Under the pieces are notes generated by a model. The model ran no database searches, was not told the origin of the DNA, and worked only from the letters and a program-made list of their open reading frames with translations. Both the position numbers and the translations under genes were made by a program. A stretch of 64,000 nucleotides of DNA. Source: an uncultured Chloroflexia bacterium (GTDB lineage: Bacteria > Chloroflexota > Anaerolineae > Anaerolineales > UBA4823). This document shows, piece after piece, positions 1-9,068 of the stretch. Numbering within the stretch: position 1 is the stretch's first letter; the number at the start of each line of letters is the position of its first letter. Location: the NCBI GenBank assembly GCA_963706905.1, contig CAVPNY010000020.1:137859-201858 (forward strand), read 5' to 3'.

Positions 1-113
1 AGGATCCAAAGATTGACTATCCCAAAAGTCGCGATCAGGAAAGCATTCAGTGTTTGAGCACGATGCAGCTGGTCGTCAGTGTTGTCCTTGGCGAGGATTT
101 GGTAGTTATTCAT
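1..113 (-). CDS. hypothetical protein, 5' part only (runs off left edge)
   Basis: ATG at 113..111 opens a frame (MNNYQILAKDNTDDQLHRAQTLNAFLIATFGIVNLWI...) that stays open to position 1. The ATG overlaps the stop of ORF 106..477 (ATGAATAA). No family recognised. Confidence 0.25.
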   Translation of the reverse strand, partial: MNNYQILAKDNTDDQLHRAQTLNAFLIATFGIVNLWI

Positions 114-477
114 CCAGCGAGATAGCATGGCTGCGTCTGTCTGTTTTCCTCCCCGGCAGGTGGTTTAGAAAGCCTGGAAATGCAGAACTAATTGTACATA
201 ATTGAAATCTATAAAACAATATTGAATATTTTACTCTCAGTTCACCCGTTTTGACTTCCAATCCTGCAAGGTTGCGAAGCCTCTCTGGGTAGAAGATAAG
301 CAGATGTGGATGGCATTCCATTCCCCTGGTATCTTCAGAAGCCTTACTGTATATAACGTCAGAATTGGATGATACGTACTTTGCAAATCTGCAAAGCCGT
401 TCAGGAGAATTCAGTGGTATATGTAGTAACAAATGCGATAATGTATCGTTATCTATGTTGGATGTAGGTGATGACAA
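106..477 (-). CDS. hypothetical protein (AT-rich ORF)
   Basis: 123-aa ORF in a region clearly more AT-rich than the rest of the window. No recognisable motifs. Its stop overlaps the next ATG, which suggests translational coupling. Confidence 0.3.
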   Translation of the reverse strand: MSSPTSNIDNDTLSHLLLHIPLNSPERLCRFAKYVSSNSDVIYSKASEDTRGMECHPHLLIFYPERLRNLAGLEVKTGELRVKYSILFYRFQLCTISSAFPGFLNHLPGRKTDRRSHAISLDE

Positions 478-596
478 TGGTGGGGACCACGAAGCAGCCA
501 GTACTTCTTATCAGTTATTTTTCTGGCCATCACCCAGTCCGAAAATATTATCGGTAGATGTTTTATTTTCTACTTCTCCCTCCTGCACGCCACCGC

Positions 597-1375
597 CTGG
601 GTTTCCTCTCCTTTACCAGGCGGTGAGCGTTTAATTAGGATGGATTGGAGAGCGCAATCCATCGTCCGGGTTTCAAGATGCACCAGGTGGTGAGGGTTTA
701 TTGGGGATGGATTGGAAAGTGCAATCCATCGTCCGGGTTTCAAGATGCACCAGGTGGTGAGGGTTTATTGGGGATGGATTGGAAAGTGCAATCCATTACC
801 CGGGTTTCAAGATGCACCAGGCGGTGAGGGTTTCTTGGGGATGGATTGGAGAGCGCAATCCATTACCCGGGTTTCAAGATGAACCAGGCGGTGAGCGTTT
901 AATGAGGATGGATTGGAAAGTGCAATCCATTACCTGGGTTTCAAGATGCACCAGGCGGTGAGCGTTTAATGAGGATGGATTGATAAGTGCAATCCATCAC
1001 CCGGGTTTCAAGATGCACTAGGCGGTGAGGGTTTATTGAGGATGGATTAGAGAGAGCAATCCATTGCCTGAGTTGTGGGATGTACCAGGTGGTGAGCGTT
1101 TAATTAGGATGGATTGGAGAGCGCAATCCATAACCTGGGTTTTAGGAGGCACCAGGCGGTAAGCGTTTAATTGGGATGGATCGGAAAGTGCAATCCATCG
1201 TCCGGATTTTTAGATGCACCAGGCGGTGAGGGTTTATTGGGGATGGATTAGGGAGCGCAATCCATTGCCTGAGTTTTGGGATACACCTGACGGTGTAGTT
1301 TATTGGGGATGGATTGGAGAGCGCAATCCATTACCCGGGTTTCAGTATGCACCAGGCGGCGTCGTCGATATTTAC
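597..1375. repeat. tandem array of about 11.5 copies of a 66-67 bp unit, each carrying a 9-bp-stem hairpin
   Basis: Unit starts (GGATGGATTGG) at 638, 705, 772, 839, 906, 973, 1040, 1107, 1174, 1241 and 1307. Each unit has GATGGATTG-N7-CAATCCATC (e.g. 639-647/655-663) followed by CCGGGTTTCAAGATGCACCAGGCGGTGAG(C/G)GTTTAAT. The first partial unit holds a 10-bp inverted repeat, CACCGCCTGG 591-600 / CCAGGCGGTG 616-625. The period is not a multiple of 3. Confidence 0.9.
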
Positions 1376-2862
1376 GGAAGCCACAGGACTGGCTGCGAGC
1401 TCAAGTCGCCGGGTTGGACAGCAGACGCCAGCGCATCGGTTACTTCCAGTGTTTCGAGATGCAATAGCTTGGGGTTTGCGTAATCGGGATGGTTCAGCAA
1501 TACACTTTTTCCATCCGGGGACCACTGAGGCGCCAGCCCGATCTGCCATGAGCCAGAAGCTGCCACATCTTCCTGGATGTTAAGGGTCTCAGGCAACGGT
1601 GATATCTGCCCGCTCTCCACATCATACAGCGCATATGTGACCAACGCCGCAGCCGGATCGGAATTCATTTGATACAGTTCCAGCAGCAGGCTACGTCCAT
1701 CCGGTGACCAGTAGAAATTAGGCGCTAAACCGGGTGTGGCCTGGTCACTGGGTTCTTGAGACCAGACTAAGCGGGGTTCTGAGCCATTCTGATTAGCGAT
1801 GTACACGGCCAACTGATCGCGGTGTTCCCCATAGGCGATCTTCCCGCCGCCAGGGGCGAAACGCACCTCGCCCAATCCACTGCTCTCCAGCGAAGGCCAG
1901 GCTAGCTCCTGGGTTTGCTCACCGCTGACCGGCGACCACCAGTAATACCCCGTGCTGACAGTATAGCCTTCCACCTTTCCTTCACGCCAATAGACTCGTT
2001 CTGGTGGGGCAGCGGGAAGTATTTGCCAGTGAGTGGGGCTGGTTTCCATCGAGGTCAGGCGGGTTAATCCACTGCCGTCTGGCTGAATGCGGTAAACAGC
2101 AGTTTGAAGCTGGTCATCTTCTGCGACGAAGGCAACCTGCCCATCGGGTAGCCAATAAGCTGTGCTCCAGGTCGCCAGACCACCGCCGGTGAAATGCTCT
2201 GCCAATTGCACCAGGGCGCTGGTTTCAAGGTTGAGCGCATACAGCTCGCCCAGCCGGCCCACTCCGGGGATGTCGGGTGTGGCGTCTAGGGTTGGCATGA
2301 GGGCCTGATTTGGGCTGGCAGACAGCAGCAGGTAACGCCCATCTGGCGAGATGGACAGCGGGGTGATATGCTGGCCTGGCAGCGTCAGCAATGGGGCGCT
2401 TTCGCTGCCATCCGGAAGAGCCGTGCAAATCGATCCCGAGCCACAGGAGTATACCAGCCGAGGGGATGGGTTCGTTTCCTGCAGGGGGGAAGTAGGATTG
2501 ACTAGTTGGACTGCAGATGGCTGGGTTGGGCTGACCCCGCTAGGCGAGTTGGGCAGCACGCGGATTGCAAGGAAGATGATCAGAACTGCAAATGCGATCA
2601 CGATCCCCGCGCTCAACCAGCCTAAGTCCAGCCGCGGCTGGGTTGACCGGTTAACAGCGATCTGTGCTAAGCGTTGTCCCAGATCGTGGACGAATTCAGG
2701 CGAGGCGGCAGGTGTAGGAGAAGGGTTGGCTTGCAGCCTGGCTGCCAGGTCCAGCTCAACACCGTTGTCCTGGCTGGCTGGCATTTTCTCTGCGCTTTCT
2801 GTGCCTGCCGCCAGACGGTTTTCCAGACGCCAGGCCCATTCAGACAGCTTATTCCGAGACAT
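1372..2862 (-). CDS. anti-sigma factor-like membrane protein with a TolB/PD40-type beta-propeller ectodomain
   Basis: ATG at 2862 overlaps the sigma gene stop by 14 nt. One TM segment (GWLSAGIVIAFAVLIIFLAI). Repeated PD40-like motifs SPDGRYLLL, WLPDGQVAF, FAPGGGKIAY, WSPDGRSLLL, WSPDGKSVLL. The ORF-track N-terminal extension to 2994 is antisense-overlap noise. Confidence 0.7.
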   Translation of the reverse strand: MSRNKLSEWAWRLENRLAAGTESAEKMPASQDNGVELDLAARLQANPSPTPAASPEFVHDLGQRLAQIAVNRSTQPRLDLGWLSAGIVIAFAVLIIFLAIRVLPNSPSGVSPTQPSAVQLVNPTSPLQETNPSPRLVYSCGSGSICTALPDGSESAPLLTLPGQHITPLSISPDGRYLLLSASPNQALMPTLDATPDIPGVGRLGELYALNLETSALVQLAEHFTGGGLATWSTAYWLPDGQVAFVAEDDQLQTAVYRIQPDGSGLTRLTSMETSPTHWQILPAAPPERVYWREGKVEGYTVSTGYYWWSPVSGEQTQELAWPSLESSGLGEVRFAPGGGKIAYGEHRDQLAVYIANQNGSEPRLVWSQEPSDQATPGLAPNFYWSPDGRSLLLELYQMNSDPAAALVTYALYDVESGQISPLPETLNIQEDVAASGSWQIGLAPQWSPDGKSVLLNHPDYANPKLLHLETLEVTDALASAVQPGDLSSQPVLWLP

Positions 2863-3325
2863 AGACCACTCCTTCCAATCTCTGGCGCTCGATCTGTTCG
2901 CGCAGGCGCTCAAGGGCGCGATGCAAACGCAGGTAAACGTTCGGCAACGAGCAGCCGAGCACGTCAGCCACTTCTGCACTGCTGAGCTGCTCAAAAAAGC
3001 GCAGTATCAATAACTGGCGGTCGGCGTTGGATAGTTTGGACAGCGCAGCCCACAGGAGCTGGGTTTGCTCGCTGGCCTGCACTGTACCCTCGACATCCAT
3101 CGGACTGGCATCTGTCTCATGCAAGGGGCAAAGCAGGCGCTGTTTCCAGTAGTTCTTGCGTATTTCGTTCAAGGCAATCTTATACAGCCAGGCAGCCGGA
3201 CTGCTGCCCTGGGTTCGGTAACCGTCCAGGTGGGCCAGGGCTTTTTCAAAAGTGCTGGCTGTAATATCCTGGGCCAGCTCACGGTTACCGGTCTGGCGGA
3301 AGGCAAATGCGAAGATGCGTCCCAC
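2849..3325 (-). CDS. ECF (sigma-70 family) RNA polymerase sigma factor, native 5' end missing
   Basis: Region 2 (ELAQDITASTFEKAL, AWLYKIALNEIRK) and region 4 HTH (LSSAEVADVLGCSLPNVYLRLHRAL). The frame stays open upstream to 3403 (..SLITAAQQDPQLFGQFYLRYVGRIF..) with no ATG. The first usable start is GTG 3325. The frame runs directly into the truncated istB. Confidence 0.8.
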   Translation of the reverse strand: MGRIFAFAFRQTGNRELAQDITASTFEKALAHLDGYRTQGSSPAAWLYKIALNEIRKNYWKQRLLCPLHETDASPMDVEGTVQASEQTQLLWAALSKLSNADRQLLILRFFEQLSSAEVADVLGCSLPNVYLRLHRALERLREQIERQRLEGVVYVSE

Positions 3326-3384
3326 ATAGCGCAGGTAAAACTGGCCGAAGAGCTGTGGATCCTGCTGGGCGGCGGTGATCAGGC

Positions 3385-3777
3385 TTACACATTGAATTCG
3401 GCCTCACAGGCAGCCCGGCCAAGTGCGCAAGATAAGTAAGTCTTGCCTGTACCTGTGGCACCCAGAACCAACACATTAAGATGGCGGCGGACCCAATCTC
3501 CCTGGGCGAGTTCGAGAACCTGGGCTCGTTTGAGGCCGCGCCCCGCAGACAGGTCGAGGTCTTCGATGGTGGCCTGGAGAGGGAAACGGGCGGACTGGAT
3601 GCGGCGGTGCAAGCGGTGGTTGGTTCTGCGGGTGATCTCGATATCGACCAGTAAGCCGAGCCGCTCTTCAAACGACAGCTCCGCGTACTGGGGATTTTGG
3701 AGCTGGTCTTCGAAGGCGGTGCGGAAAGCGGGAAGCTTGAGTTGGGATAGTTTTTCCAGTAAGGGTTGGTTCAACAT
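3385..3777 (-). pseudogene. istB: IS21-family IstB helper ATPase, C-terminal half missing
   Basis: 130 aa ending just after Walker A (LGATGTGKTYLSCALGRAACEAEFNV*). Full-length IstB proteins are about twice this length. Confidence 0.8.
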
Positions 3778-3788
3778 AGGAATGCTCC

Positions 3789-5324
3789 TCAGTTGTAGTA
3801 GTTCTCACCGCGGATATTTTCATGCGGCGGTAAGGGGGTGTTGGATGCGGGATCCAGCTGCCGTTGGTCGAGTTTGTTTTGGAGAATGTTGTGCACCCCT
3901 TTGTAAGAGCGAATACCGGCCGCATTAGCCCGTTTGCAGGCAGCTTCCAGGCGTTCTGGGGAGTAGCGTTTGGCCAGGCCAAGGACGCCCAGGCAAGTCC
4001 GGTAAGCCTGCTCAGGGTGCCTGCGGTCGTCGAGAGCACGGCGGATAAGTTCGGTAGCCTGCTCGCCGATCTCTGCGGCCCAGCGCAGAAAGCGCTCCGA
4101 GGACCACTGGCTGTAGAACTGGTGCTCAGGCGGCATATGCACGCTGTGGGTTGAAAAGCGCCCTTGGGCGGTAGAGCGGGGATGTGAGGCCACCCGTTTG
4201 CGCTGGTAGAAGATCTCGACCGTCTTTTCGGTTGCCCGGATGGTCACTTCCTTGCCGGTCAGGGTGTACGGGACACTGTAGAAGTGTTTGTCGAAGGAGA
4301 CGTGGTAGTCGATGTGGACGCGGGCCTTTTTCCAGACCGCAAACTCGTAGGGCGTTTCCGGCAGCGGTGAAAGGGCCGGTTGGTCCACTGCTTCAAACAG
4401 TTGCCGCCGAGACTGGCCTAGATGCTTCATCTCCCGCCGGTTGAGTTCGGCCAGCAGTTCGGCAATCGCCTGGTTGAGCTCGGTCAGACTGAAGAAGGTC
4501 CGGTCCCGCAGCCGGGCCAGGATCCAACGCTCGACTACCTGAACACCCACTTCCACCTTCGCCTTGTCACGCGGTTTGCGCACCCGTGCCGGAACCACCG
4601 CGATCCCGTAGTGATGGGCGAAGTCCTGGTAAGTTGGGTTCAGGTCCGGCTCATACAGGTTCGGACTGGTCACGCCCGCCTTGAGATTATCCGGAACCAC
4701 CATTTCCGGCACACCACCCAGGAATTCCAGCGCCCGAACCTGCGCTGCAATCCAGTTGGGCAAGCTCTGGGTCCAGTGCGCTTCCGCATACGTGTAGTTG
4801 CTGGCTCCCAGGGTCGCCACGAAAACTTGCGCTTCCCGGATTTCACCCGTCTCCGGGTCCACCACCGCCACCGTCTGCCCGGCGTAGTCCACAAACAGCT
4901 TCTCCCCGGCCTTATGTTTCTGCCGCATGGTGGGGTTGAGTTGGTTCTTCCACTCTCGGTAGTGCTGGCAAAACTGGCTGTATCCGTATCCGTCCAGATG
5001 CTCCTGTCGGTACTCCACCCACAACAGGCTCAGGGTTACTCCTTTACGCTTCAACTCCTTGTGCACATACTTCCAGTCCGGCTGCAGGATCTTCCGTCTG
5101 GATAACCCTTTCTCTGGATACAAGCGGGCTTCCAACTGCTCCGCCGTCATCCCTTCTGGAAGCGGCCAACTTAGCCCGGCCGCTTTGGCGTGCGTGACGT
5201 ACTCACTCACCGTACTGCTCGACACCCCACAACTTTTGGCAATCGCCCGGTGCGGCAATCCAACTTCAAATTTCAATCGCAGGATTTCTTCAATTTTTCG
5301 CATGGATAAACTCGCTTGAGACAT
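3789..5324 (-). CDS. istA: IS21-family transposase IstA
   Basis: 511 aa. N-terminal HTH (LPHRAIAKSCGVSSSTVSEYV), DDE integrase core and the typical IS21 IstA C-terminus. Followed 11 nt later by istB. Confidence 0.9.
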   Translation of the reverse strand: MSQASLSMRKIEEILRLKFEVGLPHRAIAKSCGVSSSTVSEYVTHAKAAGLSWPLPEGMTAEQLEARLYPEKGLSRRKILQPDWKYVHKELKRKGVTLSLLWVEYRQEHLDGYGYSQFCQHYREWKNQLNPTMRQKHKAGEKLFVDYAGQTVAVVDPETGEIREAQVFVATLGASNYTYAEAHWTQSLPNWIAAQVRALEFLGGVPEMVVPDNLKAGVTSPNLYEPDLNPTYQDFAHHYGIAVVPARVRKPRDKAKVEVGVQVVERWILARLRDRTFFSLTELNQAIAELLAELNRREMKHLGQSRRQLFEAVDQPALSPLPETPYEFAVWKKARVHIDYHVSFDKHFYSVPYTLTGKEVTIRATEKTVEIFYQRKRVASHPRSTAQGRFSTHSVHMPPEHQFYSQWSSERFLRWAAEIGEQATELIRRALDDRRHPEQAYRTCLGVLGLAKRYSPERLEAACKRANAAGIRSYKGVHNILQNKLDQRQLDPASNTPLPPHENIRGENYYN

Positions 5325-5410
5325 CTCTTCCTCCTCGGATCGGTTCCGAAGAGGATGCCCGATTTGTTTGAGTTTATCCAGCCTTCTCCCCCATGCTTCT
5401 CTGGGTTACT

Positions 5411-5503
5411 TGATCGGCATGGCCGGAATCACCGATCGGCATGAAACGGAATCGGTGATCGGCATGCGCCGGAATTCATGATCGGCTTGGCCCGGATTAT
5501 GCA
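5411..5503. repeat. IS21 terminal region with four 22-23 bp direct repeats (putative transposase binding sites)
   Basis: GATCGGCATG at 5412, 5434 and 5457, and GATCGGCTTG at 5480. Each is followed by (C)CGGAAT. Confidence 0.6.
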
Positions 5504-5614
5504 TTTGTTCATCCAAATCTGGCATTCAGAATCCTTTTACCAATTATTCTATACAATATAATCCAAAATAAGGGGAAATCTTTCAGGTGGTACTCAAATT
5601 CTTAGCCGTGGTTA

Positions 5615-5643
5615 TTGACACTCACATGTTTATATTCTATAAT
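5615..5643 (+). promoter_or_regulatory. consensus sigma-70 type promoter upstream of the PadR gene
   Basis: TTGACA (5615-5620), a 17-nt spacer, then TATAAT (5638-5643). It lies 22 nt upstream of ATG 5666. Confidence 0.55.
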
Positions 5644-5665
5644 ATATTCCGTAAGACGATATATC

Positions 5666-6037
5666 ATGCGAGGGAATATGAAGAATAAGCCTGCAAACAG
5701 CCCCAATCAGGTAGGGCTGCCTCTAACTGAGCCCGTTTTCTTGATCTTGTTGAGTCTGGCAAGCGGGAAGAAACATGGGTATGCGATCTTGAAAGATGTG
5801 GAAGATCTGAGCCGGAAGCGGCTGACCTTGAGCACCAGCACGCTATATGGCGCCCTGGCACGGCTGGAAGACCTGGGCTGGATCGAACATGTGGCTGTCG
5901 AAAGCCCGGCGACGCCTGGCCTGCCGCGTCGAGTCTTCCAGCTTTCTTCAAATGGAAGGCGTATGCTGGAGGAAGAGACCCACCGCATGCACAACCTTGC
6001 GGCATTGGCTCAGCAGCGCCTATCCGAGAATGGGTAA
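5666..6037 (+). CDS. PadR-family transcriptional regulator
   Basis: Winged-helix core (PVFLILLSLASGKKHGYAILKDVEDLSRKRLTLSTSTLYGALARLEDLGWIE). An alternative ATG lies at 5678. Confidence 0.85.
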   Translation: MRGNMKNKPANSPNQVGLPLTEPVFLILLSLASGKKHGYAILKDVEDLSRKRLTLSTSTLYGALARLEDLGWIEHVAVESPATPGLPRRVFQLSSNGRRMLEEETHRMHNLAALAQQRLSENG

Positions 6038-6045
6038 ACAGGCGC

Positions 6046-7099
6046 ATGGACGCTGAGCACTCTTTTGTCCATGTCTACCTGGCCTTGCTGCGCTGTTACC
6101 CAGCAGGCTATCAAGAAGCCTATGCCGAGGAGCTCGAGTACGCTATCCGGCAGGCAGCAGAGGCGGCCGCACAGCAAGGCCGGATGGACTCTCTTGCGAC
6201 TGGCCTTGCGGGAGCTGCGCGACCTGCCCGGCGCGGCGCTGAGCGCTCACTGGCGCGAAAGGAGGGGTAAGATGCTAAGAACTCGACCCGGCACATATCT
6301 TCCCGAAGGACCGCTGGCGTGGTGGATGCTGGTGGGGGTTTTTGTTCCGTTCTTCGTGGGCATCATGGCGGCTGATTTGTCGTCGTCTGTCTGGCCCCTG
6401 CCAGGCTGGGTCAACTGGCTGGGGATTGCGATGGGTATCCTGGGATTGGGGGTGTTGATCCTGACCTGGATTTTAGGTCTGATCAAGGGCTTCCCGGAGT
6501 GGAGCCTGCCCAGCCTGGGATTGGGTTTTTTTGTGCTGACATATCTGATAGATGGAGGTGTGGGCAGGCTGTTTGAGTTCTTCCATATCATACAATGGCC
6601 AGACAGCCGGCCGGAACAGATTCTGATGGTGGTCCTGCGTAGTTTTCTGTTCTTGCTGCCGGCATTGGTGATGGCAATGATCGTGCTGTTGTTGAGCCGC
6701 CCGTTCTACAGCCGGGTGCGCCAGGATTGGTCGCTATTGTCATTCCTATTCCTTGGTGTAGCCATTCCGCCTTTTATTATGAACGATCCTTACCAGCATC
6801 TGGCGCCTTTTGAGATAGCAGCGCTGCTGACGCTGGCGATCGGCGCGTGGATGTTCTTGAAATGGCGTACTCCCTGGCAGCGGCTGGCGACGCTGGCGGT
6901 GGCACTAACCCTGGCAACAGGCATCTATGCATTGGGAATCTACATTGTCTATCCTCTGGAAGATTGGGCGCAATTCAGCTCATTTCCACGTTGGTGGGAA
7001 GCAACCTATCCTCTCCTGAGCGTTCCGGCGATCCTTGTGTTGATTTGCGCGCCAGCGATCCTGACGCTTTTTCCACGCGAGGAACCAAAGGGGGCTTAA
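6046..7099 (+). CDS. PadR-associated membrane protein, apparently interrupted by one frameshift near 6181
   Basis: Frame 1 (6046..) gives MDAEHSFVHVYLALLRCYPAGYQEAYAEELEYAIRQAAEAAAQQG. This motif is typical of proteins encoded after PadR genes and continues sensibly only in frame 2 (WTLLRLALRELRDLPGAALSAHW..., then about 7 TM segments). Alternative reading: two genes, 6046..6270 and an SD-led ATG at 6272..7099. Confidence 0.6.
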
Positions 7100-7111
7100 A
7101 ACGAGAAGGAG

Positions 7112-7972
7112 TTAAGACAATTTGCTTAGTGAACCATAGCGCTGGGCATAAGCCCTGGTGAAGACTGCGCCAAACAGGAATATTTGGGCGAAGGTATAAA
7201 TCGCGATCAGCAAAACTGCAAACGCCCCGGCAGCTTCCAGAGCCGATCCAACCCCACCAAATCGAAAGTAGAGCCCGAACAATAGACCACCCAGGATCAT
7301 CAACAGCGTGGTGATCAACGATCCTGGCAGGACATCTCGCCAGGTGATTTTCACGTCCGGCAATACCTTGTACATAAATGCAATTGCCAGGATGATGACC
7401 CCAATAAGGACGAGAAAGTTCAGGAAAGTGAGCCAGCCGCTGGTCGGGATGAAAATCTCAATCAGGGACCCGAACCACAAGAGAATGACATTCAGTGCCG
7501 CGATCAAGATGACCAATAGTCCTAGTAAGATAACCATCAAAAAAGAAAACAGGCGGTACCTGACAAATGCCCGAGCTTGCTGCTGGGATGAATCTGGTGT
7601 CTGCCAGATAGTGTTCAGCGCAAATTGTAACTGATAGAAAATGCCGGATGCCGCGAAAAACAAAGCCAAAAAGCTGATGATCGATATCAGGATTGAGCTG
7701 CCTGAACTGGTGTTGGCAATCGCGGCCACTGTATTCTGAATGAAAATCGCAATCTCTGCCCCAAAAATCGCTTCCAGGCGGCTATAGAAACGCTCAGCGA
7801 AAGCTGCTTCATTTATAAATATTCCAGCCAGGAGAAAAGCGAGGTAGATCACAGGCGCGAAGGAGAAAACTCCATAGTAGGCCAGTGCCGCGGCGAGCAA
7901 AGTAGGCCGTTTGAGAACCCAGATCTGGGAAACTTCTTTAACAAGCTCTCTAATCACAGATATCTTATTCAT
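7112..7972 (-). CDS. YihY/BrkB-family membrane protein
   Basis: LAAALAYYGVFSFAPVIYL signature and a multi-TM profile over 286 aa. Confidence 0.85.
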   Translation of the reverse strand: MNKISVIRELVKEVSQIWVLKRPTLLAAALAYYGVFSFAPVIYLAFLLAGIFINEAAFAERFYSRLEAIFGAEIAIFIQNTVAAIANTSSGSSILISIISFLALFFAASGIFYQLQFALNTIWQTPDSSQQQARAFVRYRLFSFLMVILLGLLVILIAALNVILLWFGSLIEIFIPTSGWLTFLNFLVLIGVIILAIAFMYKVLPDVKITWRDVLPGSLITTLLMILGGLLFGLYFRFGGVGSALEAAGAFAVLLIAIYTFAQIFLFGAVFTRAYAQRYGSLSKLS

Positions 7973-8294
7973 GGGTCAATCCGATTCAACTGTTTATAAA
8001 ATTTTTAGAAATTTGATGGTATCGTCCTGCAAATTACAGCACAAACCACACAAATCTCCAGTTATTTAATTCTCCGAGATCCTACCCTTGCTCAATAGAT
8101 TTTATCCTTTTTTACTTTTCTGAGAGAGTTTATTTGGACTCAAAATGATTTACAGGCACAGAATAGAACAAAAACGGCCCAATTTGAGCCGGTTGCATCG
8201 TAGCAGTCTAAAGCCTTTATTTCCCGCTCTATTAAGGTCGGTATGGGCTTGCAGTGGTCAACGCGGAAACGTGCGGACAGGTGATTTAATAGAA

Positions 8295-8334
8295 ATCCTC
8301 CCGCAGGCTCGAAGATTAGCCATTGCGGGAGGAT
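8295..8334 (-). terminator. hairpin 3' of gene 8367..9023
   Basis: 11-bp stem, ATCCTCCCGCA (8295-8305) / TGCGGGAGGAT (8324-8334), 33 nt past the stop. On the minus strand it is followed by TTCTATT. Confidence 0.4.
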
Positions 8335-8366
8335 AAATTGGGTACTTAAAGTAGCTTTTAGGGAGG

Positions 8367-9023
8367 TTAATTTATCGTGCAGCCCAGGTTATTGTACATG
8401 TCCAGTGTATCTTTGAGCGCCAGCATCTGGGCTCGCGTACCGAGCAGAGCAGTGTTGACCTGGCTGATGATGTCAGCCGCGCTCATCGGATAGTCCACGT
8501 CCGGGTGGGCAGCATTCAGCACCGCGGCAGTGGCCGCGCGCAGCAGGATGCGTGCCGATCCCAGCTTATAGGGCCCGCCCTGGAAGGACAGTGCCTGGAG
8601 TAAAGTCTTGCTATCTAGATTGAATGCATCCGGCACATCAAAAACGTCTTCCACAGTCATGGTAGTCGTGTAACCGGTGACAGCCCAGGCTTTGGGATGG
8701 TTCTTCCAGTAGCCCGGAGTGCAGCCATCCTCGCCTGGGGGCGGGGGAGGTGGGGGCTCGTCGCTGATAATCTTGATATTGTCGATCGCGGCAGAGCCTT
8801 TCAGGTTGACGCGCATGAAGTCGACCCCCGTCACGCCAATTGTTAATACGCCATCAAGACCTTCGCCGACGACCGGAATGGCCACAGTCGCGAGCAGTAT
8901 GCCATCGCCATACAGTTTGATAGTGCCCCCGGCTTCGACAAACTCAACATCCCCAAAGCCGGCAGATGTGCAATAAATGTTGAAGTTGGTTTGATTCAGA
9001 GCGCTGGTTAGTTGGCCATCCAC
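8367..9023 (-). CDS. hypothetical protein with a poly-Pro linker and a C-terminal CTPGYWKNH domain
   Basis: 218-aa ORF. PPPPPPP linker, then GCTPGYWKNHPKAW. No signal peptide. The only start is a GTG fused to GGAGG, so the start is uncertain. Confidence 0.5.
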   Translation of the reverse strand: MDGQLTSALNQTNFNIYCTSAGFGDVEFVEAGGTIKLYGDGILLATVAIPVVGEGLDGVLTIGVTGVDFMRVNLKGSAAIDNIKIISDEPPPPPPPGEDGCTPGYWKNHPKAWAVTGYTTTMTVEDVFDVPDAFNLDSKTLLQALSFQGGPYKLGSARILLRAATAAVLNAAHPDVDYPMSAADIISQVNTALLGTRAQMLALKDTLDMYNNLGCTIN

Positions 9024-9068
9024 CTCCGAATTTCCCTACCACCCCAGTAGAAAGATGGATTCTTGTTA

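Larger units (their letters stand above)
3385..5503 (-). mobile_element. IS21-family insertion sequence; left end intact, right part deleted within istB
   Basis: istA-istB order. Terminal multi-repeat region at 5411-5503 ending ..GGATTATGCA (TG.. on the element strand). No matching right terminus; the element abuts the sigma gene at about 3385-3400. Confidence 0.8.

Noticed and set aside
597-1375. CRISPR array (the 67-bp period is CRISPR-like, and the minus-strand unit ends in CTTGAAAC)
   Set aside because: There are no unique spacers. The whole 67-bp unit is repeated, and sequence divergence is spread over both the would-be repeat and the would-be spacer. No cas genes are in the window.
645-1583. 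Small ORFs inside the tandem array (645..827, 779..961, 1214..1483, 1314..1583)
   Set aside because: They are generated by the repeat itself. The 67-bp period rotates the frame every unit, and there is no SD or coding signal.
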